A stretch of 64,000 bases of DNA from Tepidisphaera sp. (GCA_050916045.1 CP051526.1:2912001-2976000), one strand, 5' to 3'. Positions 1 to 11,292 are shown, counted from the first letter of the stretch. Notes: generated by a model not told the origin, from the letters alone. A program made the numbers and translations.

Positions 1-138
1 GCCGACATGCGGACAAGCATCGCTTCCGATGTGGACGAAACCGGCAACATCGTGGGCTACGGCGTCACCAACACCGGAGTCCTTCGGGCGTACATCTGGC
101 AGGGCCGGACGCTCGAACCCATCGGCTCGACCCGGTGA
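1..138 (+). CDS. 3' end of a probable extracellular HAF-repeat-like protein (partial, runs off the window)
   Basis: Frame 1 reads ...IASDVDETGNIVGYGVTNTGVLRAYIWQG...stop at 136-138, resembling the 'A.gin..G.ivG......hAflw' repeat. Confidence 0.5.
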   Translation, partial: ADMRTSIASDVDETGNIVGYGVTNTGVLRAYIWQGRTLEPIGSTR

Positions 139-265
139 TATCCCGTTCTGGAGGAAATGCCGCGGCGGCAACTCCAACACTCGGCAAGCATACTTTCCTC
201 GAAACCTGCTACGACCGTCTCCCCGATTCGCCGCACCCTCGCGCAGGTCTGGCGAGCCCATCAGT

Positions 266-517
266 ATGGCCGATTCACCTCACATTCCGCGCTTTCGAGC
301 GGATCTCTCCCAAGACCAACTCAGGGGTGATGAACGGATCACCGGCCTCCAGATCGCCGAAGCCGACGGCGCGATCTTCCTCTTCAAGCTCGACTCAAAG
401 GAGAGTGTTGTATGGGATTCGTGGCATATGACCGCCGACGACGCGATGAATCAAGCCGCGCTCGAGTACGACGTGCCGCGTGAACAGTGGAAAGCGATCG
501 ATGGACCGCAGAGCTAG
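266..517 (+). CDS. small hypothetical protein (83 aa)
   Basis: ATG at 266; protein-like composition (..FLFKLD..WDSWHMTADDAMNQAALEY..); the upstream extension of the ORF looks non-coding. Confidence 0.6.
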   Translation: MADSPHIPRFRADLSQDQLRGDERITGLQIAEADGAIFLFKLDSKESVVWDSWHMTADDAMNQAALEYDVPREQWKAIDGPQS

Positions 518-1518
518 TTCTTCGCCCGCTCGATATACCTGCGGGCGATCGCTTCATAACTCGGATCGGTCATCCCGACCGCTTTCGCCGCCGCGATCGC
601 ACGCTCAACATCAATCTTGAGGTCCAGCGCGAGGTACGCGGCCAAGCCCGGCCCGAGGCGGTTGCCCGTGCGGCAGTGGGCCGCGATGACGATCCCGTTC
701 TCGGTCGCCGCGGCGTACTCCGCCCGCGTCGCCGCCAATACCTCGTCGGTCAGCTCGGCGGCTCCGTTGAAAGGCAGCTTGCAGTACGTCGCTCCGGCCG
801 CGGCCGCCGCGCCCGCTTCGTCGTAGTCCTTGTGCTCCTCCGGCTTGCGAAGGTTCAGAATCCTCTCGACGCCCTGACTGCCAAGCACCGCGAGCTGCTC
901 GGGTGTCGGGTGCGAAAGCAGGAACCGGTGAGGCACGCCCCCGATCGCCACCTCGTCCGGCGGCAGCGGACCACCCACGACAAGCCGGGGAGTCTCGTCC
1001 CCGCTGATGGCGTGCCCGGCCCTCACGAAAGCGCTCACACCCATCGCGTGCGAACGCATCAGCGCGATGGCTTCAGGATCCGCGCTCGTTTCGACGATCC
1101 TGACACCCTTCCCCGTCGGCGTCACCTCAAGCGTCACGCTCTTGTGCTTCTCGAAGAGGTCATTGAACACCGGGTCCCACACGCGGACCGTCGCTCCGAC
1201 CTTCATGCGGGCCTGCATCGACTTTGCGTGGTCGATGATGAGCTCGGCGACCTCGGGATCATCGCTTTCCGTCAGCGACTCGACGATCCCCACTCCATCC
1301 TTCTCCGAATGGCGAAGCGTGCGGCGGATCTTGCCGTGATCGGAGAGCAACTGCTGCCAGACGCCCCGGTCGCGCGAGACGGAGTTGACTCCCGGATACG
1401 GGTCGTCCGGCCCGGGAGAGCCCGGATCCGATCCGGCGCAGCCCGCCACCGCCGCCGCTGACACCGCTGACACCGCTGACACCGCCCGCAACGCCCACCG
1501 GGTCCATGCCGTACGCAT
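514..1518 (-). CDS. lipoprotein: uncharacterised N-terminal domain fused to a DUF442/PTP-like sulfurtransferase domain
   Basis: Signal peptide with lipobox VAGC; C-terminal domain with ILNLRKPEE and HCRTGNR (CX5R-like) loop. Confidence 0.7.
   Translation of the reverse strand: MRTAWTRWALRAVSAVSAVSAAAVAGCAGSDPGSPGPDDPYPGVNSVSRDRGVWQQLLSDHGKIRRTLRHSEKDGVGIVESLTESDDPEVAELIIDHAKSMQARMKVGATVRVWDPVFNDLFEKHKSVTLEVTPTGKGVRIVETSADPEAIALMRSHAMGVSAFVRAGHAISGDETPRLVVGGPLPPDEVAIGGVPHRFLLSHPTPEQLAVLGSQGVERILNLRKPEEHKDYDEAGAAAAAGATYCKLPFNGAAELTDEVLAATRAEYAAATENGIVIAAHCRTGNRLGPGLAAYLALDLKIDVERAIAAAKAVGMTDPSYEAIARRYIERAKN
1455..1481. repeat. 3 x 9-bp in-frame tandem repeat (CCGCTGACA)
   Basis: Encodes VSA-VSA-VSA in the lipoprotein signal peptide. 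Confidence 0.85.
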
Positions 1519-1538
1519 CGCAATCCCTCCTGCCGAAC

Positions 1539-1910
1539 TCAGCCCGCCGATGTCGCCTCCCAGTGCTTGAGAGCGGCCGCGACGATCGTTGTATAGGTAT
1601 AGACCGGTCCGCCGCCCATCATCACCGCAACGCCCGCCGCGTCCATCACTTCCCGCGGGCTTGCCCCGGCTTTCACACACTTCTCGACGTGAGCGTAGAT
1701 GCACGCTTCGCAGCGGCTGGCGACGCCGACGCCCAAAGCGATCAGTTCCTTGTGCTTGGCGGAGAGCCCCCCGTCGGCGGTCGCGTCCTTCATCAGACCC
1801 TGGAAGAACCCGCTGAAAGCCTTTCCGATCTCGCCGCCTCCCGGCGAACCCTTCATCGCGTTCATCGCGCCCGGCCAGGACTCATAGAACGACTTGGCAT
1901 CAAGCTCCAT
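1539..1910 (-). CDS. carboxymuconolactone decarboxylase/AhpD-like protein
   Basis: LSAKHKELIALGVGVASRCEACIYAH (CxxC) and VMMGGGP motifs; AAGGAGG RBS upstream. Confidence 0.88.
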   Translation of the reverse strand: MELDAKSFYESWPGAMNAMKGSPGGGEIGKAFSGFFQGLMKDATADGGLSAKHKELIALGVGVASRCEACIYAHVEKCVKAGASPREVMDAAGVAVMMGGGPVYTYTTIVAAALKHWEATSAG

Positions 1911-1949
1911 CGTCGACCTCCTTCGTTGACTCGCGGCTTCCCGCAACCC

Positions 1950-2579
1950 TTACCCGCACTTCCCCGAAGCGCACGACGCGCCGCAGGCTTTGACCTTGTT
2001 CCACGGCATCCACCCCAGCACCGTCGCGAGAGCGCACGTCCCTGAAACCCCCGCGAACGTCAGACCCGCTCCAACAAACGCCGGCATCGCGATCCAAAGC
2101 GGGTCGTGGAACCACGCGAGCACACTGCCCGCAAGAACGCTCACCCCCACCACAATCTGCACCTGCCGCATGATGCTGATCCCCGGAGCCCGAGGATCGA
2201 CCTCCAGCGGCAGAGCTTCTTTCCGCCACGCTTCGATCCCGCCCGTCATGCTGTAGACCTCAAACCCGGGATCACGCATCAAGCCCATCATCCGGCAGGC
2301 GTCCGCCGACCGCCGACCCCCTTTGCAGTGGATCACAAGCTTCTGGCCGGGCGCCACCAGCACCGCGGCGCTCCGAGGGTCAAACCGCGAGAGCGGCACC
2401 AACCGTGCGCCCGCGATCCTTTCCCGGGCGTGTTCGTCCGCTTCCCGAACATCCACAAGCACGCACTCCCCCGTTCGAAGCCAGCCCGCGACCGCTCCGG
2501 GCGTCGCCTCTCGGATCGCCCCGCCTCCCGAAAGCTCCGAAGTCACCGCTTTGGTCGTCGCCACGCCGTTGCCGCTCAT
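1950..2579 (-). CDS. rhodanese domain plus DUF2892 membrane protein (YgaP-like)
   Basis: LVDVREADEHARERIAGA, HCKGGRRS active loop, GGIEAW; C-terminal IMRQVQIVVG..GLTFAGVSGTCALATVLGWMPWN. Confidence 0.88.
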   Translation of the reverse strand: MSGNGVATTKAVTSELSGGGAIREATPGAVAGWLRTGECVLVDVREADEHARERIAGARLVPLSRFDPRSAAVLVAPGQKLVIHCKGGRRSADACRMMGLMRDPGFEVYSMTGGIEAWRKEALPLEVDPRAPGISIMRQVQIVVGVSVLAGSVLAWFHDPLWIAMPAFVGAGLTFAGVSGTCALATVLGWMPWNKVKACGASCASGKCG

Positions 2580-2793
2580 GGTCACCACCTCCTGTTCGCC
2601 CGGAAGCACCCGCTCTCGCCGTACCTGAGAGGCCCGCAGGCACCGTCCGGTTCCAAATGGGGAAAGAAAATCGAGTTCGCCCCCCTGAAGGTGCGCCACA
2701 GGGCCCGGCGGCAGCGAATCCAAGACCGTGAACGCTCCTTCCAATCCACCGGCATCCGTGCCGCGACTCCCTTCGTCCCTAGGCTCACCCGCT

Positions 2794-4239
2794 ATGAACA
2801 ACTCGCCCGCGACGGTTCGTGAATTGGCCGCTTCCGGATGGTCCAGCCGCTCCGTCAAGGAGGAACTCCGGGCAAACATGATCCAAGCCCTTCGGGCGGA
2901 CACGCAACGCTTGCGCGAACAGGACCGCGACGCCGCCAGCACCCTCTTTCCGGGCATCGTCGGGTACAACGACACGGTTATCCCCGAAATCGTCAACGCG
3001 GTCCTCGCCGGGCACGACATGCTCTTCCTCGGCGAGAAGGGTCAGGGCAAGAGCAGGCTTATGCGCATGCTCTCGCGGTTCCTCGACCCCGCGATCCCTT
3101 ACCTCGACATCCCCGGCTCACCGGTGCATGAGGACCCGATGAAGCCCATCACCGCCGCCGGCAAGCGCATGCTCGCGGAACTGGGCGACCAAGCCCCGAT
3201 CAAGTGGTGGCCGCGCGAAGCCCGTTACGCCGAACGCCTCGCACCCGGCACCAAGTTCGCGGACCTCATCGGCGAGATCGACCCGGCCAAGCTCCTCGCC
3301 GGCACGAGCATGGGCACCGAGGACGCTCTGCACTTTGGCCTGATCCCGCGCATGCACCGCGGCATCTTCGCGATGAACGAGCTTCCTGACCTGGACGACC
3401 TCGTCCAGACCGGCCTGTTCAACATCCTCGAGGAACGCGACGTTCAGATCCGCGGGTTCCCGATCAGCTTCGACATCGACGTCGTCGTCCTCTTCTCCGC
3501 CAACCCCGGCACCTACAACCGCTCGGGCAAGGTCATCCCGCAGCTCAAGGACCGCATCGGATCCACGATCCAGACCCACTACCCGCGCACACGCGACCTG
3601 GGCATCGAGATCATGGAAGCGGAAGCCGACATCGCCGTCGACCGCGACTACCCCGTCGTCGTGCCCCGCTTCATGAAGGAGGTCGTCGAACAGCTCTCCA
3701 TCGCGGCTCGCAAGAGCAAGTTCATCGATCAGACTTCCGGCGTCTCCGCCCGCTTCTCGATCGCCAACTACCGCACGATGATCGCCAACGCTCGCCGCCG
3801 CGCGATCCAGCTCGGCGAGAAGACCGCCGTCCCGCGCATCAGCGACCTCGCGCACTTTCACGCCAGCGCCATCGGCAAGCTTGAACTCGACCTCATGGGC
3901 TCGCACCAGCTCAGCGAGAGACAAGCTCTCGAAGCCATCGCCGCCGAAGCCATCAAGACCGTCTTCGATGAATACGTCAGCGCCCACGGCCTCGCCGAGA
4001 TCGGCGAGATCTTCGCCAAAGGCGTCAAGGTCGAGGTCGGCGACATGCTCCCAAGCTCGCACTACGAAACCCTCCTGAAACGCGTCCCCAAGGTGTGGGA
4101 GAAAGCCTTTGAGGTCAACCCCGCCAGCGACCCCGCCGTCCGCGCCAGCTGCGTCGAGTTCGTCCTCGCCGGCCTGCACGCTCGCGACATGATCTCCCGC
4201 GCGACCCACCACGGGAGGGTCACCTATGACTTCAAATGA
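2794..4239 (+). CDS. magnesium chelatase ChlI-like AAA+ ATPase
   Basis: Walker [34 protein letters not shown]; overlaps the downstream VWA gene. Confidence 0.88.
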   Translation: MNNSPATVRELAASGWSSRSVKEELRANMIQALRADTQRLREQDRDAASTLFPGIVGYNDTVIPEIVNAVLAGHDMLFLGEKGQGKSRLMRMLSRFLDPAIPYLDIPGSPVHEDPMKPITAAGKRMLAELGDQAPIKWWPREARYAERLAPGTKFADLIGEIDPAKLLAGTSMGTEDALHFGLIPRMHRGIFAMNELPDLDDLVQTGLFNILEERDVQIRGFPISFDIDVVVLFSANPGTYNRSGKVIPQLKDRIGSTIQTHYPRTRDLGIEIMEAEADIAVDRDYPVVVPRFMKEVVEQLSIAARKSKFIDQTSGVSARFSIANYRTMIANARRRAIQLGEKTAVPRISDLAHFHASAIGKLELDLMGSHQLSERQALEAIAAEAIKTVFDEYVSAHGLAEIGEIFAKGVKVEVGDMLPSSHYETLLKRVPKVWEKAFEVNPASDPAVRASCVEFVLAGLHARDMISRATHHGRVTYDFK

Positions 4240-5959
4240 CCCCGGCTCGCCCGAATCGCCGCTTGCGGCGAGCACAGGCCTCGGCGGCATCGTCCACACC
4301 TACCTCGGCTACGACCCCAAGAACTTCCCCTCCCCCACCGCTCCGCCCCCCGACCTCGCCGGCGCCGCTTTCGAGCACATGCTCGAGTTCGGCTCCATGC
4401 GCGAGTTCACCGAAGAAGAGCTCGCAAACGCGATCCGCCTCGATCCCTCCATGTTCCCAAGCTTGGGCCCGAGCATTCAGTCCCTCATCGCGATGCTCAA
4501 GGAACGTAGAGCCAAGATCCTCGCGACCTACGAGACGCAAGCCGCTCGCAAACAGGCCCGCACCAACGTCCGAGAGACGGCGGGCGAGATGGAACCACCC
4601 AAGCCCTTCGCCGATGACTTCCAGCGTGCTCTCCGCCAGGAACAGATCCGTGACCTCGAAAAGCTCTGGTACAAGCAGAAGAACGAATCAAGCCCCTTCG
4701 CTCTCGCTCTGCTCAACCTCATGGAGCGCCTCGGCGAGCAGTACGAGATCGACGCCCTGGCTTCCAAGTACGAGTTCACTGGCCGCACCGAGATGTCCGT
4801 CGACCAGGCTCTCGCGATCAAGGAAGAACTTGAGACCATCGACGAGCTCCTCGAACAGCTCAAGCAAGCCGCCAAGGACGCCAAACTCGCCATCATCGAC
4901 ATGGACGCCCTGTCGGAGATGACCGACCCCGACGCTCTCGAAGGCCTCAACCGGGCCGCGCAGCAGATCCAGGAGTACCTCCGCGAGGAAGCCAAACGCC
5001 AAGGCCTCGACAACTCCGCCCGCGGCTTCAAGCTCTCGCCGCAGGCCTACCGCCTCTTTCAACGCAAGCTCCTCACCGAGATCTTCAGTGACCTCGATGC
5101 CGCCCGCTCCGGCAGACACACCGGCCCCGTCGTCGGCGAGGGCGCGGTCGAGCTTCAACGCACCAAGCCGTACGAGTTCGGCGACCCCGTCACCGGCATG
5201 GACATCGCCCAGTCCGTCGCCAACGCCGCCGCCCGCTCCGGCACCGCCCGCCCCCGCGTCACCATCGACGACCTCGAGATCCACCGCACCCGCAACACGC
5301 CCAAGTGCGCCACCGCCGTCCTCATGGACATGTCCGGCTCCATGCGAAACGGCGGCCAATACATCCACTGCAAACGGATGGCTCTCGCCCTCGACGGCCT
5401 CATCCGCACCGAATACCCCGGCGACTTCCTCGCCATGTTCGAGATGTACACCTTCGCGAAGCGTGTCCCCGTGACCGACGTCCCCGCTCTCATGCCCAAG
5501 CAGGTCACGATCTTTCAGCCGATCGTCCGCCTCAAAGCCGATCTCAGCGACCCCGAAGTCAGCGAGATGCGCATCCCGCAGCACTTCACCAACATCCAGC
5601 ACGCCATGCGCCTCGCCCGCCAGACCCTCGCCGTGCAGGACACACCCAACCGCCAGATCATCCTGATCACCGACGGCTTGCCCACCGCCCACTTCGACGG
5701 CTCGACGCTCTACATGCTCTACCCGCCGCACCAACTCACCGAAGACGCGACCATGCGCGAAGCCAACCTCTGCGCCCGCGAAGGCATCACCATCAATATC
5801 TTCCTGCTCCCCAACTGGAACCAGAGCCACGAGGACGTCCAGTTTGCCAAAAGGCTCGCCGAAACCACCAAAGGCCGCGTCTTCTTCACCGGCGGCAAAG
5901 ACCTCGACCGGTTCGTGCTCTGGGACTATGTGAACCAGCGGCGGAAGATCATCGGCTAG
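4226..5959 (+). CDS. VWA domain-containing protein, partner of the AAA+ ATPase
   Basis: MIDAS motifs DMSGSM, TNIQHAM and [10 protein letters not shown]. Confidence 0.88.
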   Translation: MTSNDPGSPESPLAASTGLGGIVHTYLGYDPKNFPSPTAPPPDLAGAAFEHMLEFGSMREFTEEELANAIRLDPSMFPSLGPSIQSLIAMLKERRAKILATYETQAARKQARTNVRETAGEMEPPKPFADDFQRALRQEQIRDLEKLWYKQKNESSPFALALLNLMERLGEQYEIDALASKYEFTGRTEMSVDQALAIKEELETIDELLEQLKQAAKDAKLAIIDMDALSEMTDPDALEGLNRAAQQIQEYLREEAKRQGLDNSARGFKLSPQAYRLFQRKLLTEIFSDLDAARSGRHTGPVVGEGAVELQRTKPYEFGDPVTGMDIAQSVANAAARSGTARPRVTIDDLEIHRTRNTPKCATAVLMDMSGSMRNGGQYIHCKRMALALDGLIRTEYPGDFLAMFEMYTFAKRVPVTDVPALMPKQVTIFQPIVRLKADLSDPEVSEMRIPQHFTNIQHAMRLARQTLAVQDTPNRQIILITDGLPTAHFDGSTLYMLYPPHQLTEDATMREANLCAREGITINIFLLPNWNQSHEDVQFAKRLAETTKGRVFFTGGKDLDRFVLWDYVNQRRKIIG

Positions 5960-6379
5960 CGAACACCACATGCCGCGTCCAAAGGCGGCCGTCGTGCCAT
6001 CGGACACGAGTGGATCGAGAATCAGACGACAAACCACAAAGCCACAGAAAAGAGGCGTGGACCGCGGGCGGGTTCTCCGTTGACACCCAGACGATGGTCC
6101 GGATCGCGTGATTGGCCCCTCGGCATCCGCGGATGCCTCCACGCAACGGACGCGAAATCACCGCGAGCGACGAGTCCGTCGAACCGAAGCGGCCGGCGTC
6201 CGTAGCGAACGGCGAACTCTGGTATGCTCAACCGCCGTATCTGTGCGGCAGAGCAGAATCGCCCTCAAAGCCTCTCGGACTGCGCCTCCTGAACTTGGCC
6301 GAATCAGCGGCTCGGGAACGCTGTCGGGAACAACTGACACGCACACCCCTCGACCAAGCTCCGAGCGGATTCGACGCCT

Positions 6380-8195
6380 ATGACAACGCCATCCAGTGCA
6401 TCACCTACGGAATCATCGAGCCCGAACGCAGCACCTCACGCTCCCGGCCCTGCGCCGCTCCCGGTGGACTTCATCACCCCTCAACTGACGTGGAAGTCGG
6501 TCGGAACGGGCATGATCCTCGGCGGGTTGCTCTCGATCTGCAACGTGTACACGGGCCTCAAGATCGGCTGGGGGCTCAACATGTCCATCACCGGGATCCT
6601 GATCGCCTTCGCGTTCTGGTTCGCGGTGTCGCGCGCGTTTGGACGCAAAGCCCTGATGATGAACAAGCTGGAGAACAACATCAATCAGGCGTCTGTGTCC
6701 GCGGCTGGAGCGGTCAGCAGCGCGGGGCTGGTGTCGGCGATCCCGGCACTGACTCTCATCGATGGAATCACCCTGCCATGGTGGCAGTTGGTCCTTTGGC
6801 TCAGCACGGTCTGCATGGTCGGGATCGCGGTGGCGATGGGGCTACGGCGGCAGATGATCATCCGCGACCAACTCCCCTTCCCGGGCGGGATGGCCTGTGC
6901 GGAGACATTGAAGGAGATCTACAACACCGGCTCGGAGGCTCTCAAACGCGTTGGTGTGCTGAGCGGGGGGGGCGCTGGCGGGTGGGTTTGTCAAACTGGC
7001 CGAGTTGCTGAAGTGGACCAAGCGGTCGGACTTTGGAGCGACGATCAACGGGACACCGGCGGCGACGTACTCCTTTGCGCTTGATCCGACCCTCCTGATG
7101 GTGAGCGTGGGTGGGCTGGTCGGGCTGCGCACGTGCGTCTCGCTCATTCTCGGAGCGGTGTTGGCATGGGGTGTACTCGGGTCCTGGCTCGTCGACACGG
7201 GCAGAACGCCCGAAGCTCGCGGGCCGATCGGCGAGTGGATCCTCTGGCCCGGGGTCACGCTGATGGTGGTGTCGTCTTTGGTTTCGTTCTCCTTCTCGCT
7301 GCCTTCGATCCTGCGTTCGTTCCGGGTGACAAAGGGTGTGGAAGACGACCGCTCGGACACCGGCGAGGTCCCGCGAAAGTGGTTCTTCTTCTCGCTTGTC
7401 GTGTCGCTGGTCTTGGCCGTGGCGTTCCAAACGTGGTTCTTCGGGATCGCTTGGTGGGCTGCCGCGGCGGCGGTGCTTCTGAGCTTTGCCCTCGCGGTCG
7501 TGGCGTCGCGTGTCAGCGGCGAAACCAACGTGACGCCCGTGGGCGCGATGGGCAAGGTGACACAGCTTCTCTTCGCGGGTCTCTTGCCCAAGAATGCCGC
7601 TGCGAACCTCATGAGCGCGAGCGTGACCGCAGGTGCGGCTTCTCAGTGCGCGGACCTCATGCACGACCTCAAGTGCGGCTACCTGCTCGGGGCCGTGGCC
7701 CGCAAGCAGGTCATCGGACAGATCCTGGGGTCCATCGCCGGGGCAATCGTGGGCAGCGCGTTCTATCTGGTCCTCATCCCCGATCCCAAGACGATGCTGC
7801 TCACTGAGGAATGGCCGGCTCCTGCGGTGGCGCAGTGGAAAGCGGTCGCCGAGGTCTTCCAGGGCGGGATGAGTTCGCTTCCCAGTGGCGCAGCAACCGC
7901 GATGATGATCGCGGCCGGGTTGGGTGTCGTCTTACCGATCCTCGAGAAAGCGGGACCCAAGAAGGCCCGCATCTTTGTCCCCAGTGCCGCAGCCATGGGG
8001 CTCGCCTGTGTCATCCCCGCGTCCAACAGCATCTCGATGTTCCTTGGTGGTGGAATCGCCGCGATCGTGACCAAGGCTTTCCCGCGCTGGAGCGAACGTT
8101 TCCTGGTCACCGTGTGCGCCGGCATCATCGCAGGCGAGAGCCTCGTTGGAGCCGGGGACGCGCTCCGCCTCGTTGTTGCCGGTGCCGCAGACTAA
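6380..8195 (+). pseudogene. OPT-family oligopeptide transporter, frameshifted at G8 tract 6965-6972 (pseudogene, phase-variable gene or sequencing error)
   Basis: N-half (NVYTGLKIGW, LENNINQ, LPFPGGMACAE) and C-half (GETNVTP, DLMHDLKCGYLLG, PAPAVAQWKAVA, GIIAGES) lie in different frames; deleting one G joins them. Confidence 0.85.
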
Positions 8196-8521
8196 AGCGG
8201 CCCGGCTGAAGGTCTTTGCGCCGCGACAAGCAGCACGCGATCATCCAGCCACGACCGCTCGGTAGCCGCGGGTGCCATCGATGACCAGTCGGGTGCAACG
8301 ATCGCCCCCGAGGACTTCGTATCCCTGTGCCACGACCATTCCGAAGCAAAAGGGTGTGGCATATGCCGAGCCCGCTCGACTTCCACCAAACCAGCACATC
8401 TTCCCTCGAAGTACTGACGCAGGCCCCACATCAACAGGCGTCACTCCGGACCTCCACGACGGGCGGCGAACCGGACGGACTAACCTCTCATTGCACTGCC
8501 GTCCTTCCAGCGGACCTGCGG

Positions 8522-9283
8522 ATGAAAGGGAACCCATTGAATGACGCAAAGCAAGCCGCGGGAGACGCGAAGCCGCCAGCACGCGAGTTGATCGAGATCC
8601 GCGTGCCGGGGCTCAAGAATCTCTTCAACTCCATGGACGCCTCGCCGTTCCGCGAGCGCGACCTTGATCCCAGCGCGGAAGAGTTGATCGTCGGCTGGGC
8701 ACGCGAAGCTCCCTTCGGAGCGTCGTTCGGGTTGGCGGTCACGCTCGAACGGGCGCCAGGGCCCGTCGATGAGACGGCCGCGCTGCGAGACGCCATCGGC
8801 GAGTTCTTCAGGCACCGCGCGACGGTCACGCGGCGACGGCTTCGCGAACTCCTGCGGATCGGGCGGACCAGTTTGGTGGTTGGGCTCGTGTTCTTGGTGG
8901 CGGCGGTCTGGCTGGCGAGTCTGCTCGCTGGCGTCATGAGCAACGAGCGTCTGGGCGAGCTTGTCCGCGAGGGGCTCGTGATCTGCGGCTGGGTCGCCAT
9001 GTGGCATCCGCTTGAGATCTTCCTCTACGGCTGGTGGCCCATCCGCCGCGAGGCAAGGCTCTACGACCGCCTAAGCAAAATGCCCGTCCGGATCATCTAT
9101 AGCGGCGTCGCCGAACCCGGAGCATGGCAGCACGATTGGCCCGCGGTCTCGCCATCACGGGCCAGCCCCAATCCGCCGCCGACCCACGCGGCACTGCTCC
9201 GATCGTCCAAGGAAATCGAGCTTCCTGTCACCAGCCGGGTGCCCGAGCCCGATTCAGAGACGGGCGAGTCAGTGCTTTCTTGA
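8522..9283 (+). CDS. hypothetical membrane protein (two TM helices)
   Basis: LFNSMDASPFRERDLDPSAEE and ICGWVAMWHPLEIFLYGWWP; start uncertain. Confidence 0.7.
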   Translation: MKGNPLNDAKQAAGDAKPPARELIEIRVPGLKNLFNSMDASPFRERDLDPSAEELIVGWAREAPFGASFGLAVTLERAPGPVDETAALRDAIGEFFRHRATVTRRRLRELLRIGRTSLVVGLVFLVAAVWLASLLAGVMSNERLGELVREGLVICGWVAMWHPLEIFLYGWWPIRREARLYDRLSKMPVRIIYSGVAEPGAWQHDWPAVSPSRASPNPPPTHAALLRSSKEIELPVTSRVPEPDSETGESVLS

Positions 9284-9339
9284 CGGACGTGAGCCAGGTG
9301 CCGTCGGAACGTCGACGTCCTCTCACACGAACGCCCGAC

Positions 9340-10029
9340 TCAGACCCGTGCGCCGAAGATCGCGCCCACGCCGGCGGTCAGGCCCATCGCCAGCGCACCC
9401 CAAAACGCCACGCGGCCCGCGGACCGCCACGCCGACGACCCGCCCGCGTGCGCGGCGAGCGACCCCAGGAGCGCGAGGAACGCCAGTGACGCAGCGGAGA
9501 CGCCCCACACCAGCCACGCTTTGGGCAACACCAGCACAAGCAGCAGCGGCAGAGCGGCACCGACCGTGAATGTGGCTGCGGAGGCGAACGCGGCCTGCAC
9601 CGGGCGTGCGCTGAGCTCGTCGGTGATGCCCAGTTCGTCGCGAGCGTGGGCTTTGAGCGCGTCCTTGTTCATCAGCTGCGTGGCGACCTGGGCGGCGAGT
9701 GGTTCGTCGAGCCCTCGCTGCACATAGATCGCCGTCAGCTCGGCGTGCTCAGCCTCGGGCTGCGTCGCAAGCTCGTGCGTCTCGCGGGCGAGGTCCGCCG
9801 CTTCGGTATCAGCCTGAGAACTGACCGAGACATACTCGCCCGCCGCCATCGACATCGCGCCCGCGACAAGCCCCGCCAACCCCGCCACCACGATGCCGCT
9901 CCGATCCGTGTCGGCGGCGGCCACGCCCACGATCAGGCTCGCGGTCGAGACGATCCCGTCATTGGCACCGAGCACCGCAGCGCGAAGCCAGCCGATACGA
10001 TGCGAACGATGGCTTTCCGTGTGGCGCAT
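9340..10029 (-). CDS. VIT1/CCC1 family Fe/Mn transporter
   Basis: WLRAAVLGANDGIVS, AGAMSMAAGEYVSVSSQAD and HARDELG motifs. Confidence 0.93.
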   Translation of the reverse strand: MRHTESHRSHRIGWLRAAVLGANDGIVSTASLIVGVAAADTDRSGIVVAGLAGLVAGAMSMAAGEYVSVSSQADTEAADLARETHELATQPEAEHAELTAIYVQRGLDEPLAAQVATQLMNKDALKAHARDELGITDELSARPVQAAFASAATFTVGAALPLLLVLVLPKAWLVWGVSAASLAFLALLGSLAAHAGGSSAWRSAGRVAFWGALAMGLTAGVGAIFGARV

Positions 10030-10154
10030 ACGGGCACAGTAGCGGCCCGCTCGCAAACATCGGGCAGCGCCGCGAACCGCCGGCTCCGCAACCGGCCCGC
10101 TTCCGAGACGGTTTGAACTGACACCCCGGCCCCTTTCCTCACGGAGACCTCCCC

Positions 10155-11207
10155 ATGCACACCCTGCCCGCTTTGCTGCTCGGTCTGTTTGCAGTTCCTT
10201 CCCTTCCCACGACCGGAACCGGGCTCGCACCAGAGCCGGCGACCATGAAAGCCGTCCGCATCCACGCGTTCGGCGAGACCAGCGAGCTCAAGTTCGAGGA
10301 CGCGCCCAAGCCCGCTCCCGCCACCGGCGAGATCCTCGTCAAGGTCCACGTCGCCGGCGTCAATCCCGTCGACTGGAAGATCCGAAACGGCACCGTCAAG
10401 ACGATGGAGCTGCCCGCGATCCTCGGATTCGACATCTCCGGCGTCGTCGAAGAGGTCGGCGAGGGCGTGAAAGACTTCCAGAAGGGCGATGAGGTTTACG
10501 CCTACCTCGATCTCAAGCGCGGCGGCGGCTACGCCCAGTTCGTCGCTTTCCCCGCCAAGGACGCCGCCAAGAAGCCCACCCGCGCCGATCACAAGCTCGC
10601 CGGCGCGACGCCGCTCGCCGCTCTCACCGCGTGGCAAGCACTCTTCGACAAAGCCGGCCTCAAAGAGGGCCAGACCGTCCTCATCCACGGCGGCGCCGGC
10701 GGCGTCGGCCACTTCGCCGTCCAGCTCGCCCACGCCAAGGGGGCCAAGGTCATCGCGACCGCCAGCGCCGACAACGCCGAATTCGTCAAGGGCCTCGGCG
10801 CCGACCAGGTCATCGACTACAAGAAGGAGAAGTTCGAGGACATCGTCAAGGACGTCGACGTCGTCCTCGACATGTTCGGCGCCGACACCCTCGAACGCTC
10901 CTACGGCGTCCTCAAGGAGAACGGCTACCTCATCTCGATCGTCGCCACCCCCGACCCGGAGAAGCTCAAAGCCCGCAAAGGCAAGGGCTCCTGGATGCTC
11001 GTCAAACCCGACGGCAAACAGCTCGCCGAGATCGCCAAGATGATCGACGAAGGCAAGGTCAAGCCCGACATCCAGGACGAATTCGAGCTCAAGGACGTCG
11101 CCAAAGCCCACGAGCGAAGCCAGTCCGGCGGCACCGGACGCGGCAAGATCATCCTCACCATCCCTCAGGATGCCGCGACGGAATCCAAACCGGGCACCAA
11201 GAAATGA
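10155..11207 (+). CDS. NADP-dependent oxidoreductase (MDR/quinone reductase family) with hydrophobic N-terminal extension
   Basis: MKAVRIHAFG, AGVNPVDWK, HGGAGGVG, GKIIL; GGAG RBS before ATG 10155 (alternative start 10245). Confidence 0.9.
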   Translation: MHTLPALLLGLFAVPSLPTTGTGLAPEPATMKAVRIHAFGETSELKFEDAPKPAPATGEILVKVHVAGVNPVDWKIRNGTVKTMELPAILGFDISGVVEEVGEGVKDFQKGDEVYAYLDLKRGGGYAQFVAFPAKDAAKKPTRADHKLAGATPLAALTAWQALFDKAGLKEGQTVLIHGGAGGVGHFAVQLAHAKGAKVIATASADNAEFVKGLGADQVIDYKKEKFEDIVKDVDVVLDMFGADTLERSYGVLKENGYLISIVATPDPEKLKARKGKGSWMLVKPDGKQLAEIAKMIDEGKVKPDIQDEFELKDVAKAHERSQSGGTGRGKIILTIPQDAATESKPGTKK

Positions 11208-11292
11208 CCTTCCAAGGGCAATTGTCCGAGATGATCGTATTTTGTTTGGTATCCAGAGCGTTTCGGCATCGCCGGATCAGCCGCCGGTTCGC

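Noticed and set aside
5960..6379. Gene or ncRNA in the 420-bp gap before the OPT gene
   Set aside because: No convincing ORF or recognisable RNA motif; only a possible extended -10 (TGGTATGCT near 6220).
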